Below are positions 12,850-25,297 of a DNA stretch of 64,000 nucleotides, in pieces; the first letter of the stretch is position 1; the number at the start of each line of letters is the position of its first letter. The position numbers and the translations under genes are program-made. Under the pieces are notes generated by a model. That model made no database searches. It was not told where the DNA came from and saw nothing but the letters and a program-made list of their open reading frames with translations. The DNA is taken from the NCBI GenBank assembly GCA_951406725.2, contig OX597836.1, positions 16,678,001-16,742,000 on the forward strand, given 5' to 3'. The stretch comes from Octopus vulgaris. Its lineage: Eukaryota.

Positions 12850-13063
12850 GTAGCCGAACGGAACAAAACCCTTCCAATCTGTGGTGTTTGAGACATTTGG
12901 CGGGACTGGGCTACTAACGGCGAAGTTCTTGTCATCGTTGGCAGCTCGCCTCACCGAGATGTCAGGTGATGTCCATGAGAGCGCTTGGCTTTTCCAACAC
13001 TTTAGCTTCGCCATTGTTTATGGTAATGCGAGCTTGCTGGCCTACTTCAGTAGGTTCCATTGA
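12850..13063 (+). mobile_element. CRE-clade non-LTR retrotransposon remnant (C-terminal restriction-like endonuclease)
   Basis: FQSVVFETFGGTG...FLSSLAARLTEMSGD...WLFQHFSFAIVYGNASLL fits the F.P..ET.G....GD....L.QR.S.A..RGNA pattern of CRE endonuclease ends. Confidence 0.65.
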
Positions 13064-13477
13064 ACCTTGTGGTGTGCGACCAATTGAGGCACTTGGTGCT
13101 GCTTTGATGTTATTCTCTTTCTGATCGTTCTCCCTTTGTTTTTTTCTTCTTTTTTCTTTGTCTTTCTTTTGTGAAATATATTTCTGTTCGTATTTCGAAT
13201 AAAAACAAACTTGGTCAAGGAAAAAAATATTTAGAATGTACGTGAAATACTCTGGAAATGTATGTGAAATACTCTCTGTTAGCAAGAATTAATCTGTCGA
13301 TAAGTCCAATTGTCGGCATAACTACATGATTGTGCCCCACCACCACTACCACCACTACCACCACCACCATCACCACCAACTTTATTTCCTAATAACTTAC
13401 TGAAAAATAGATATTTTTAAATGAAATTTTCTACAAATACCTTTCAGATGGTGTAGATTTTGATTATATCGGAATTT

Positions 13478-13887
13478 GGATATTTTCGGTTTGAACGGCA
13501 GTTTTTTCTAGCGGTGTCATATGAAATTGTCACCCATAATTATGACCCTAGAATCGATCTATTGCATTTCAATCTCTTTTAGGATTAGGGTGGGGGAAGG
13601 GTATCTTTCTTTTCTTCACAAATGTAAATAAACCCAATCTGTTTCTTATACGAGGGACATAATCATACGGCACAGAATGTTTTTTAACTCAATAGACGTC
13701 ACTGATTGGTTGAAATTGCAGAAATTGAAGAAAAACAACAACAAATATCTTACAAACTATAGAATTTTCTCAATAAAGCCAAGAGAAAAAGATGTTTTAT
13801 AAACACATACTACCAGTATACGAAGTTTAAAATTTTTTAGTTACCTAGAAATTATGTTAAAAACTGCTGTTCAAACCGAAAAGATCC
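13478..13887. mobile_element. MITE with about 28-bp TIRs, nested in an older long-TIR element (about 13400-14165)
   Basis: ggatattttcggtttgaacggcagtttt ... aaaactgctgttcaaaccgaaaagatcc. Confidence 0.75.
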
Positions 13888-14708
13888 CGATGGGATGATG
13901 GGGCAATATTTCACACACCTCGACTTCGTTTCCTTATATCTTTTGATGAAGTACAATCATAAAAGTCTTGAAAAAAAGATATTTTTATTTAACATAATTG
14001 TGATATTTATCATCACCATGTATGAGGAAACAAAATCGATGGATAGCAACCCACTCTTATTTTTTTCTTTTCTTTTCTTTCTTCCACATTAATTCCAGCA
14101 TAATCGTAATCTACATTGTCTGAAATATTTGTACAAAATTCAATAAGAAAATATCCGTTTTTCAGAAAGTTATTAACAAAGAAATAGGGGAGCGGGTGGG
14201 GGGAACTGGGAACACTCATGTACAGTTATATCATCAATTGTCATGAAGAAGATACTGATAGTCTATGAGTACACACGAGATAATATGTAGTGGATCTTGC
14301 AGGCATGAAGTGGATTCGATCCACCATGGCCAAATTTGAATTAACACTTCAACAGAACTTTTCTCATGGTAGAACAATAGTTTTTTTTTTCTGTGACAGC
14401 AGTTTTGCCTTTTCCAGATTGCCTTAGCTAGGCCAAAAAAATGTCTTCACCACTTGACCCTTCTAACCTCTCCTAGACCACCAAAAGCTAGAATTAAGAT
14501 AACAAGTACCACCAGCTAAATCCAATGTTCTCAACGATATGTCTATCCTTCTGGATAGTTATAAAAACAAGAACACCAAGCAAAAATCAGTTAGTCGGCT
14601 CGTGACAACTCAACCAGTTAATGAATGACAACTCGTACATGTACGCACGTACATGTAGCCATATATATTGGCTACGAATTTTTTTCTCTCCTTGTTTCTC
14701 TCCTTGTA

Positions 14709-14746
14709 TCTTTCTGTCGAAGAGCGTAGGCTCGAAACGTAAAAGA
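14709..14746 (+). ncRNA. Degenerate minimal hammerhead-like motif
   Basis: tcttt-CTGTCGAA-gagc gtag gctc-GAAAC-GTA-aaaga. Stems I and II are perfect, stem III is the loopless ACGT palindrome, and the core has A6>U. Confidence 0.45.
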
Positions 14747-14959
14747 CTTTTTCTATTCCTGAGCGCTATACTAATACATTTGTTTGTTTGTACTCCACCT
14801 GCCTTCGTCTTTTGTTTATTTTCGCAAACTTTCCCTTTATATACCACATATACATGGATATAAACATACAAATACATGTATGTGTATTATTTATATGCAT
14901 AGGCATGTATGTACGTACGTATGTATGTATATGTATGTATGTATGTATGTGTATGTATG

Positions 14960-14991
<32 letters not shown>

Positions 14992-15271
14992 TGTATGTAT
15001 GTATGTATGTATGTATGTATGTATGTATGTATGTATGTATGTATGTGTGTGTGTATATATGTGCCATTCAAAACACATTATTATATATATTATGTGTGTG
15101 TGTGTGTGTCCGAACGGTTTAATGCCCTCTATTGCATTTTTGTTCCATATATATATATATATATATATATATACCGGAGTAAACACATAAATGTGAAACA
15201 AGGTGGAAAAAAGAGTACTCAAATACCAGTGGTAAAGTAATATGCTTTATTTAAAAGCAGCAGAAAATTCA

Positions 15272-15320
15272 ACAAAACCTGTTACTCTGAGTTTCACGTT
15301 CCCGTTCGTCGGACAGTTTT
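15272..15320 (-). ncRNA. Minimal hammerhead-like motif, inverted partner copy (GUA triplet)
   Basis: Reverse complement reads aaaactgt-CCGACGA-acgggaacgt-GAAA-ctcagag-TA-acagg. Confidence 0.5.
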
Positions 15321-15352
15321 TTCATTTTTGCATAATTTAGACAATTCTAGCA

Positions 15353-15399
15353 AAAACTGTCCGACGAACGGGAACGTGAAACTCAGAGTTACAGGTTTT
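15353..15399 (+). ncRNA. Minimal hammerhead-like motif (core variant CCGACGA)
   Basis: aaaactgt-CCGACGA-acg ggaa cgt-GAAA-ctc a gag-TT-acagg. All three stems are present; the core has U4>C. Confidence 0.5.
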
Positions 15400-15427
15400 G
15401 TTGAATTTTCTGCTGCTTTTAAATAAA

Positions 15428-15468
<41 letters not shown>

Positions 15469-15784
15469 TGTATGTACCTATATGCATGTATGTGTGTAGA
15501 TGACAACTTGCACGTATGCACGCTCCTCTCACTCTTCTTCTTTCTCTCTCACTTCTCTCTCTCACTCTTTCTCTCTTTCTTTCTCTCTCCTCATATATAT
15601 ATATATAGGGAAACAGACAGCGACAGACAGACAGTCAAAAGAAGATAGGGAAATGTATGTGTGTGTCTGCGTATTTGATTGTGTAACGAGTATTATGTAA
15701 TATGTATGTTTGTAAAAGTCTGCATTTAAGTACCTATGTACGAAAGACAACGATTGCGTGATTATATATATGTGTGTATATGGA

Positions 15785-15829
<45 letters not shown>

Positions 15830-15934
15830 ATGTGTAAGTCTGTGAGCTATAACTGTTTTACAATGACGTCAGACTTAACAACTGTTTGATCTTAAGTAGA
15901 CAACTACTTACTCACGTAGTTCTTTCTCTGTGTG

Positions 15935-16013
<79 letters not shown>

Positions 16014-16311
16014 GCATGTGTCTGTGCGCGAGTGTGTGCGTGTGTCAGTGTAGTTGTAAAGACGCAGACACACTCATATACATACATACGTACACATGTC
16101 GGCTGATTAAGATAATGCTTTTTGTTGGCTATTGGGTTGTTTTGACTCTTATTTCTAGCAATACTAGTGCTGATTAGTACCCTTCTTCCTTCTTCACTTT
16201 AATGACGTATAAATATATATACGAGCAAAACGCCCCTCGTCCAATGGACGGTGCCGAATTTTCTCAAAACAACTTGTCCGACCGTCCCATAGGCCTCCTC
16301 TTTGAGATATA

Positions 16312-16702
16312 CTCTCTTTTACTTGTTTCAGTCATTTGACTGCGGCCATGCTGGAGCACCGTCTTTAGTCGAGCAAATCGACCCCGGGACTAATTCTTTG
16401 TAAGCCCAGTACTTATTCTATCAGTCTCTTTTGCCGAACCGCTATGTTACGGGGACGTAAACACACTAGCATCGGTTGTCAAGCAATGCTAGGGGGACAA
16501 ACTCAGACACACAAACACATACACACACATATATATATATACATATATACGACGGGCTTCTTTCAGTTTCCGTCTACCAAATCCACTCACAAGGCATTGG
16601 TCGGCCCGGGGCTATAGAAGAAGACACTTGCCCCAGTAGGACTGAACCCGGAACCATGTGGTTGGTTAGCAAGCTACTTACCACACAGCCACTCCTGCGC
16701 CT
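16312..16702 (-). mobile_element. SINE family 1, near full length
   Basis: Same head, core and tail as 8160-8567. Confidence 0.85.
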
Positions 16703-16927
16703 ATATATATATATATATATAAATAGCCTTCGAACATTCTTTCAATCAACGTACCCTTCCCTCTCCACTTGTTCCCCACCTATTATTCCTTTATCCCTTC
16801 TCTTCCTACTATCTATCTTTGACGTCAATCCATCTAACGGTTTTTTTTAAAAAACACTCATTATCGCTTTGTTTACCATGTAGGCAATCATCGAAATTTT
16901 TGTTTGTCTTGTTGTTGAGAGAGGCTC

Positions 16928-17020
16928 CCTTTCTTTCCTGATGAGAAGATTGCATAATGCACCCTTTATTCCTTTGGAATGAAAACATGCTGTCTTCGAA
17001 ACATATGTCGAGAGTAAAGG
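16928..17020 (+). ncRNA. Type I hammerhead ribozyme motif (Penelope-like LTR remnant)
   Basis: Stem I ctttc/gagag (extended by ccttt/aaagg). Core CTGATGA 16938-16944. Stem II gaagattgcat/atgctgtcttc. GAAA 16998-17001. Palindromic stem III ACATATGT. GUC cleavage triplet 17007-17009. Confidence 0.8.
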
Positions 17021-17248
17021 AATTTTGTTAACATCTTCGTTCGACTCCACTCTTTCATTTATTCACATATATATATGATATTATAATTACATATATTTTA
17101 TATTTTATATTTCTATTTCCTTGTCTAATTATATTTTCAATATATTTTGTATAATGCCTTTACTGTTATGTAATGGTGTAATAAAGTATTGATTGGGTAT
17201 CATCTGTTGGTTGATGTTTGATTGATTTAAGTATGTTTCTCCATTTTC

Positions 17249-17288
<40 letters not shown>

Positions 17289-17294
<6 letters not shown>

Positions 17295-18170
17295 GTGATA
17301 GGTAAATTACCACCATTTTATATTTTTAATTTTGCACATGTACATCGTTTGTTTTTGATTCTGTTGACTACACAGTATAGTAGAGTCAGTCAGTCTATCT
17401 GTGAGAAGAACAGTACCATGACACAATTCATTCTACCAGAAATTTGGAAACATCCTGTACTACTTGGCATTCACACAGGAAGCTTCAATATGAACATAAC
17501 AGAGTGTTTGGGTATCAATCTGAGGACAGTACAGAGGATTCGGAAAGTTGGATAAGTCCAATGGTGATTATGAAGGTACAGCAGCTCGGAAAACTCACTC
17601 TGATCATTCTGATAACAAAAAACTCTATTCATCTTCCCACATAGCTTCAGACTCAGCACGGAGGCCTACATCAAATGCCTGGAGAAGGTAGCGTTGCCCT
17701 GGATCAAGAGGGTGGCTGCTAGAAGTTCCTATGTCTGGCAACAGGACACTGCACCATGCTACACAAGCAGGAGAACCCAGTCAGAACTGTCAGACAATTT
17801 CTGTGACCACATCACCCCTAACATCTAGTCACCTAACTCCCCAGACTGCAAACCCCTTGATTATTATGTGTGGGGCGCAGTTGAGCGAGAGAGACCAAGA
17901 AAGTTCCTTGTAACACCAAAGATGAACTGAAGGCAAGGATTATGGCAGAATTTACCAACTTAAACAAGGTGACCACCCTTACGAATTGCAGGAGATTCCG
18001 AAGTCGTCTGGGGGCCGTGATTGAAGCCAATAGCAATTTTATTAAGTAAATTTACTCTTTAGTATTTCAAGATATTCTTATGTAATTTTGGTAAATATAT
18101 CTGTTAAAATTTAGATGTCAGTGTTATTTTCATTTTTGCATAATTTAGACAATTTATTCACCACACCCTG
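17289..18170 (+). mobile_element. Tc1/mariner superfamily DD37D (maT) transposon, internally deleted
   Basis: Ends (t/c)agggtgtg...cacaccctg. HTH-like GINLRTVQRIRK; YVWQQDTAPCYTS...SPNSPDCKPLDYYVWG with 37 codons between the last two Asp (one is now a stop). Confidence 0.85.
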
Positions 18171-18312
18171 CTTACAAACCACATGGTTCTGGGTTCAGTT
18201 CCACTGCATGGCACCTTGGGCAAGTGTCTTCTACTATAGCCTCGGGCCGACCAAAGCCTTGTGAGTGGATTTGGTAGACAGAAACTGAAAGAAGCCCGTC
18301 GTATATATGTAT

Positions 18313-18352
<40 letters not shown>

Positions 18353-18980
18353 GTATATGTTTGTCTGTGCTTGTCCCCCCAACATCGCCTGACAACTGAT
18401 GCTGGTGTGTTTACGTCCCCGTAACATAGCGGTTCGGCGAAAGAGCCCGATAGAATAAGTACTAGGCTTACAAAGAATAAGTCCCGGGGTCGATTTGCTC
18501 GACTTAAAAGGCAGTGCTCCAGCATGGCCACAATCAAATGACTGAAACAAGTAAAAGACTAAAAGAGAATATATATATATACATATAAGCGCAGGAATGG
18601 CTGTGTGGTAAGTAGCTTGCTAACCAACCACATGGTTGCGGGTTCAGTCCCACTGCGTGGCATCTTGGGCAAGTGTCTTTTGCTATAGCCTCGGGCCGAC
18701 CAATGCCTTGTGAGTGGATTTGGTAGACGGAAACTGAAAGAAGCCTGTCGTATATATATATATATATATATATGTGTGTATGTGTGTTTGTGTGTGTGTG
18801 TTTGTCCCCCTAGCATTGCTTGACAACCGATGCTGGTGTGTTTACGTCCCCGTCACTTAGCGGTTCGGCAAAAGAGACCGATAGAATAAGTACTGGGCTT
18901 ACAATAGAATAAGTACTGGGCTCGACTAAAGGCGGTGCTCCAGCATGGCCGCAGTCAAATGACTGAAACAAGTAAAAGAG
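18171..18980 (+). mobile_element. Two tandem SINE family 1 copies
   Basis: 18171-18565 (head clipped) and 18588-18980. Confidence 0.85.
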
Positions 18981-19334
18981 AGAGAGAGAGAGAAATACAT
19001 ATATCTTCGTTTAAATGATAAGCAAAACTCTATCTCCCTCTTCAGTAGTTAAATCTGAGATTCTTTAATACCACCACCACCAGCACCACACTACCATCAT
19101 TAGCACTATCACTACCACCATACAGTAGTGGCCACTCCCTCTATTTTTTTTTTATTTCTGTATAATACCACTGTGGTGGTGGTGGTATAGATATATAAAT
19201 TCCTGCTCCACCACATCACCCTCTCTTCAGCTTTTGCCAACAACAGTAGAAAAGTAGGTAAGGCAGAGCCAGCCAAAAAAATGTAAGAGTAAGTGGCTTT
19301 TTTGGACCTCGTGGCAGAGATATTGGTCATTGCA

Positions 19335-20000
19335 TACTACTGCTGCTGCTGCTGCTACTACTACTACTACCACCACCACCCTCATTACTACTACAATTAC
19401 TACCCACTACTACTTTTACTATTATTACTATTTCCACTACTACTACCAACACCACCACCACCACCACTATCATTACTACTAATACTACTACCACCACCAC
19501 CACTACTATCATTACTACTAATACTACTACCACCACCACCACTATCATTACTACTAATACTACTACCACCACCACCACCACTATCATTACTACTAATACT
19601 ACTACCACCACACCACCACTATCATTACTACTAATACTACTACCACCACCACCACCACTATCATTACTACTAATACTACTACCACCACCACCACTACTAT
19701 CATTACTACTAATACTACTACCACCACCACCACCACCACTATCATTACTACTAATACTACTACCACCACCACCACTACTATCATTACTACTAATACTACT
19801 ACCACCACCACCACTATCATTACTACTACTACTACTACCACAACCACCACCCTCATTACTACTACAATTACTACCCACTACTACTTATACTGTTACTACT
19901 TCCACTACTACCACCACCACCACCATCATTACTACTACCACCACCACCACTATCATTACTACTACTACTACTACTACTACTAATACCACCACTAACATCC
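19335..20000. repeat. Compound (ACT)/(ACC) repeat with about 39-45 bp higher-order period
   Basis: Repeating ccaccaccactatcattactactaatactacta. Confidence 0.9.
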
Positions 20001-21067
20001 TCATTACTACAATTACAACTGCTGCTACTGTGAAGTAGTGGACCAGACCAGCAATGATTGTGATAATGTGAAATAGGATTAAGAGAAGATGCCCCACCCT
20101 CCTCCTTCCTTTCTGCAACTTCACCAGCCGGCTAAAAATAGCAGCTAAAATCTCCAGCAATGAAGTACATACACCCTTCAGTCATAAAAAAGAGGAAATT
20201 TCATAATATTTCCAAGTAAAGAGAAAAAAAAAAAAAAGATTTTAAATAGCTTGGATGATACTGACTGGAATGACTTTGATTATAAGCCTCACAATCAACA
20301 CGAGTTAATTAGTTACAGAGTTAGTTAGCATGTCATGAAATTGCTTCCAGAGAAGTTTTCTCATACACCCCATAACAGAAGCATTGCAGATGAGGCACTT
20401 CCAACTCTTTAGCTGTTTTTCCAAGACAAGGTCAACTCCATACAAATCCTGTGACCTGATAACAAGTGGGCTCTTTGGCACTTTGTTGCATCAGACCAAT
20501 ACAAGTTTGAAGGGCAACTAAAGGGTGAGAAAGGGTCTGAGCAAACCATACTTGTTGTAATAATACTCCTTGTCAAGGTTGTTCGGTAAACCAAGACACC
20601 ATCACCATCATATTTAGTAAAATTGGGGTTGTTTTTTTACATCCAATTTCTTTATTAGCCACAAGGGCCCAAACATAGAGGGGGGCAATACAGCCTGATT
20701 GGGGTCCTCTCCTGCTGGGCGTACCTAATCTAGCAGGATCATGGGTGCTGGTGACACATAAAAAGGACCCATACCGATGCTATGTAAAAGCACCCATGTT
20801 GGTACTGTTCTCAGCCACATTGTCTCTGGATTCAGTTCCCTGTGTGGCCCCGAGTAAGTGTCTTTTAAAGCCTTGTGAATGGATTTCATGGACAGAAACT
20901 GGAAGAAGCCTGTTGTATGTGTGTACTTTAGTGTTTGACCCTCATCACTGCTCGACAACTGATGTTGGTTTGTTTATGTCCTCGTAACTTAGCAGTTCTC
21001 CAAGTGGTTCATAGATTTTTCTGTTGTTCAGGCTGGAGAGAAAAAGTACGGGAGTTGATTTGTTTAA

Positions 21068-21708
21068 CCCTTTAGCATTCAGATTAAACAGGTTTTATAT
21101 TTGACAGAGTAATCACATTGTTTTAAATTAATTGTACAGCATCTTGTAACTCTGAGATTTTGATGATGTCCCTGTTTATTTTTAGAATGACTTTGTAGGG
21201 TAGGTGTGAGAGGTCAGAGCTGGCTGGTTTGAGCATAAAACAGGAAAACAATTTTGGCCTGATATGGCCGGTTTAACCCTTTCGTTACCGTATTTATTTG
21301 GGGATGCTCTGTGTTTCTTTCAATTACTTTAAATACAACAAAGAATTTAGTAAAATATCTTAGTTATCATTAACCCTTTCATTACTGTATTTATTTTGAG
21401 ATGCTCTGTGTTTCTTTCAATTACTTTAAATATAACAAAGAATTCAGTAAAATAACTTAGTTATCATTAAGCTAGTGTTAAGAACATAAATTGTGACTAA
21501 AGTTTGGTGGAAGATTTTAACTGAAAACTTATGAAAACAAGACATTTGTATTCAGAATCAGAGCCTGTTTCAGCCAGGTTGGTAACGAAAGGGTTAAGCT
21601 AATGTTAGGAACATAAATTGTGACTAAGGTTTGGTGGAAGATTTTAATTCAAAACTTATGAAAACAAGACATTTGTACTCAGAGCCAGAGCTGGTTTGGT
21701 AACTAAAA
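21068..21708. mobile_element. Nested TTAA MITEs (family A > family B > family B)
   Basis: TTAA|CCCTTT starts at 21068, 21277 and 21374. The inner copy ends AAAGGG|TTAA at 21593. Confidence 0.8.
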
Positions 21709-22069
21709 TCCCTCCAAGATGGTGCCAAAACCAATGACTGAAACAAGATAAAACATACAACACACACACACACACACACATGTAATATGTGTGTGAGTGA
21801 GTGAGAGAAAGAGAGAAAGTGAACAAAGAAAAAAAAAACACACAGAAGATCCAGAAATCGTTTTTTGTATTGTTTTTATTTTTCCTGAGATCATTAAGGA
21901 ACAATCTCTCGCTAAGATTTAGTTCCATTTCTGACAAAATCCTTTTTCTCCAAGTTTTAAAAAAATAAAAAAAAATTGTCCCTCACAACAGCACTGTTTT
22001 TTAGTTCCAGTTCCAATTATTATTTTTTTTATTTTTTATTATCATATCACAGTAGAGCTGTGTCTATTA

Positions 22070-22116
<47 letters not shown>

Positions 22117-22249
22117 CATACATGTGTGTTTGTATGTATGCATGCATGTGTGTGTGTATGTGTGCGCGTGCATACTGCACTAGTGTGTGCGTGACACAAT
22201 GGCAGGTAGCAATCACAGCACATTTTTAGTTGGTTTTTTTTCTTTTGTT

Positions 22250-25200
22250 TTTGCTTTTTTTTCTTTCTTTTATTAAAAAAAAAAAAAAAAAAAAAAACGG
22301 TCAGTTAGCAGAATTTGTTCGCTTCATAGAAGCAACCATTTGAAAGTCCTTGAATGGTATTATTGAGTCGGAGCTTACAGAACTACCCATGGCACTTTTT
22401 CTTTTTCAGGTTTTTTTAATACAAAAAAAAATAAAAAAAAAAAAAAAAAAAAAAAAAGTAATATACATGTGGTAAAAAAAAATTTTTCCCACATGACTTC
22501 AGAAGTACAAAAAAAAAAAAAAAAAAAAAAAAAAAGAAAACTAAAAATAAAATAAACAATTTTTAAATAACATTTTTTTCCTTTTATATTAGAAAAAAAA
22601 GATGATTGGTTGGATTTTTCTGTTTTGTGTGTGTGTGTTTAAGATAGCTTCAGTTTGTCATTTCAGCTTTGCTATATACACAACAGTCGTTGAATGAAGA
22701 GCAAAGGTTTTTTTTTTTTTTTTCAAGACTGAGAGCGCTTCAAAAATGAAGAAGAATGCTGGAATGATTAACCAATGATGAAAAATGATGATGGTTGTTG
22801 TTATTATTATGGCTACAAAGATGATAAATGATATGAGAAGGATGATGAAACATGACGAAAAATGGTCTCAAAGTTTGTATAAAGAAATAATGAAGTGGAC
22901 GAGTGTGGGGGCGAGAGGATGTTTATGATTTTTCAAATCACGAAAGTTTCGTATGCAACAAATGGACCCAGGGGATTTAGAAATCAAAACCCACTTTGTA
23001 ATGTAATAATGTGTGTGTGTATGTGAGCATATATACATATATATATACACATATATATACATATATATATACATATATATACATATACATACATATATGG
23101 TCAATGTATGGGGGGCGTATGGGGAGTTTTTCACTTGGGGCATTTATTTAAGAGGAAAGGGATACAATTTTTCTTTACTTCTTTTTTTTTTAATCAGCAA
23201 GTATCATGCAAAAATCTCCAAGGGTCCTCATCTGAATGCAATATTTAGGGGGGTGATAAAAAAATTCAAATTACAAAAAAAAAAAAATTTTTTTTACTTC
23301 GGGGGTTTTTTTTCTTTTTTTTTTTTTCAAGGATTTCATCAGATAAATGATCTTTCTGAGAATCTATAAAAAAAGGAGGATCCTGAAGGGATCAAGGAAG
23401 CAGATTTTACCATTTGAAATGTTTTTTAATTGGTTGCTTTTTTTTTTTTTTTTTTTTAATTATTTTTTAAAGCTTTTTTGAAAGCTCTTTAGCTTATTTT
23501 TTATTTTTTTATTTTTAAATATATCAAATAAATAACTCTGTTGCATTTTGCATTGTGATGTTTTTTTGTTTTTTTTTTCACATGTCATTAGGAAAAATTA
23601 AATTTGTGTAAATAAAATCTTGTCAAATTTATTTTTTTTTTCTTTTAAGGCCAAGTAAAATCAAAAGAAAATTTATATAAAAAAAAAAAAAAAAAAAGGA
23701 GGACGATTCATAATTTTGTTTAGTCAACATACGTTTTGGTTTTAGTTATTTTGTTTGTTTATTTATTTATTTTAGCAACAAGATCGCAAATTAAATTTTT
23801 ATTTCCAGAGAACCAGGAGGAAAAGAATAGGAAAAAAGTTTTCTTTTTTTTCCTTAATAGCGATTAAGTTTAAGTGAAAATCAAAAAAAACTATAAACAG
23901 ACAATGCAAACAGTTTTCGTAATTAACCTGTTCTCTAATTAAGTTAATAATACAAAACTTAACCTATTATTTTTGGTTTGATAATCATTTGGGAGGGCTT
24001 ATATAGTGTGTGTATGTATATCTGTATGTGTATACATATATATATATGCATATATATATATATATACACACATATATATATATACACATATATATATGCA
24101 TATATATATATACACATATATATATATACACATATATATATATACATATATATACACATATATATATATACACATATATATATATACACATATATATATA
24201 TATATATGCATATATATATACATATACATATACATACATACATACATTATATATATATTATATATTTAAAATTTTTTTGTTGAAACTCTCTTGTAAATTG
24301 AATGGTCCCTGATCCTATCATAATACTTTTAATTAGTGACAGACTTATAACGAGGGATAACAAAAGAAGGAAGAAAGAAAGAAAGAAAGAAAAAAAAGGA
24401 ACACTCCCTATGCTGAAATGAGAAGTGATGAAAACAGGGGGAAAGAGAAGGTGGGGTGGGGGGTACAAGCAAGAGAGAGAGAGAGGAAAAAGGTGAGAAG
24501 AGAAAGTAAGGTCGTTTGATTTATTTCTTTCAACAGGTATTGGTTTTTGTGGTGTGCGGAAGTTAAGAGATCAAAAGTAAGGAAGGTGGGTGTTGGAGGT
24601 GTTTACAAATAACAAAGGAAGTCTTAGAAAAAAAACCTGCTTGATATTTGCTTTATCAGTTCATATTATAGCCAGGATCAAGTACTCCAATATAGAATGC
24701 AGAGAAATTTACTGAAGAATGGAAGCACCAGAGATTAAGATTATTAAGAGAAAAGAAAGAAAGAGGAAGGAAGAATAGGAACAAATTTCTTATTTCTTAT
24801 TGTAAGAATTAAGCTAAATGGTGAGAAATATATGAAGATTCATCAAGGGACAGAAATTAAAATGCAGTAATGTAGGGCAGGAAAAAAAAAAGAAAAAAAC
24901 AGAGGGACCCCAACCCACAAAAAAAAAAAGAAGTGAAGAGAACATGGACTAGAAAGGAGGATGGTGGGGAAGTAGGGAACCAAATTGGTTGTATTGTACA
25001 GTGAACAAAAATTATTTAGGGGTTTCTGTGTATAAAAATAGCAAACTGATGGGGGGGGGGGAGAAGATAGAGAAAAAGGGATATGATGAGGTAACCGAAT
25101 TGACAAATAGGGGAAAAGTTGTAGGTACAATTTGATTTTAGGTTTACAAATTAAATGTGGTGGTGGTGGTGGACAGGGGGCAGAAAACAAGACAAAAAAA

Positions 25201-25297
25201 AAACTGGAAATGGGAGGGATATATAAAGAAACAAAAAACAACTCCTCCCCACCCCCTTTGTGCAGGATGTTTTATGCACATAGGGGTTACGAGAGGT
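22250..25297 (-). other. Probable long U-rich 3' UTR of MKNK
   Basis: About 3 kb after the stop codon is free of recognisable TEs and carries many poly-U runs on the minus strand. AATAAA (plus-strand tttatt) near 22268-22274. The true end is uncertain. Confidence 0.5.

Noticed and set aside
19293-20160. Pro/Leu- or Ser/Gly-rich ORFs
   Set aside because: Trinucleotide repeat translations with no splice or homology support.
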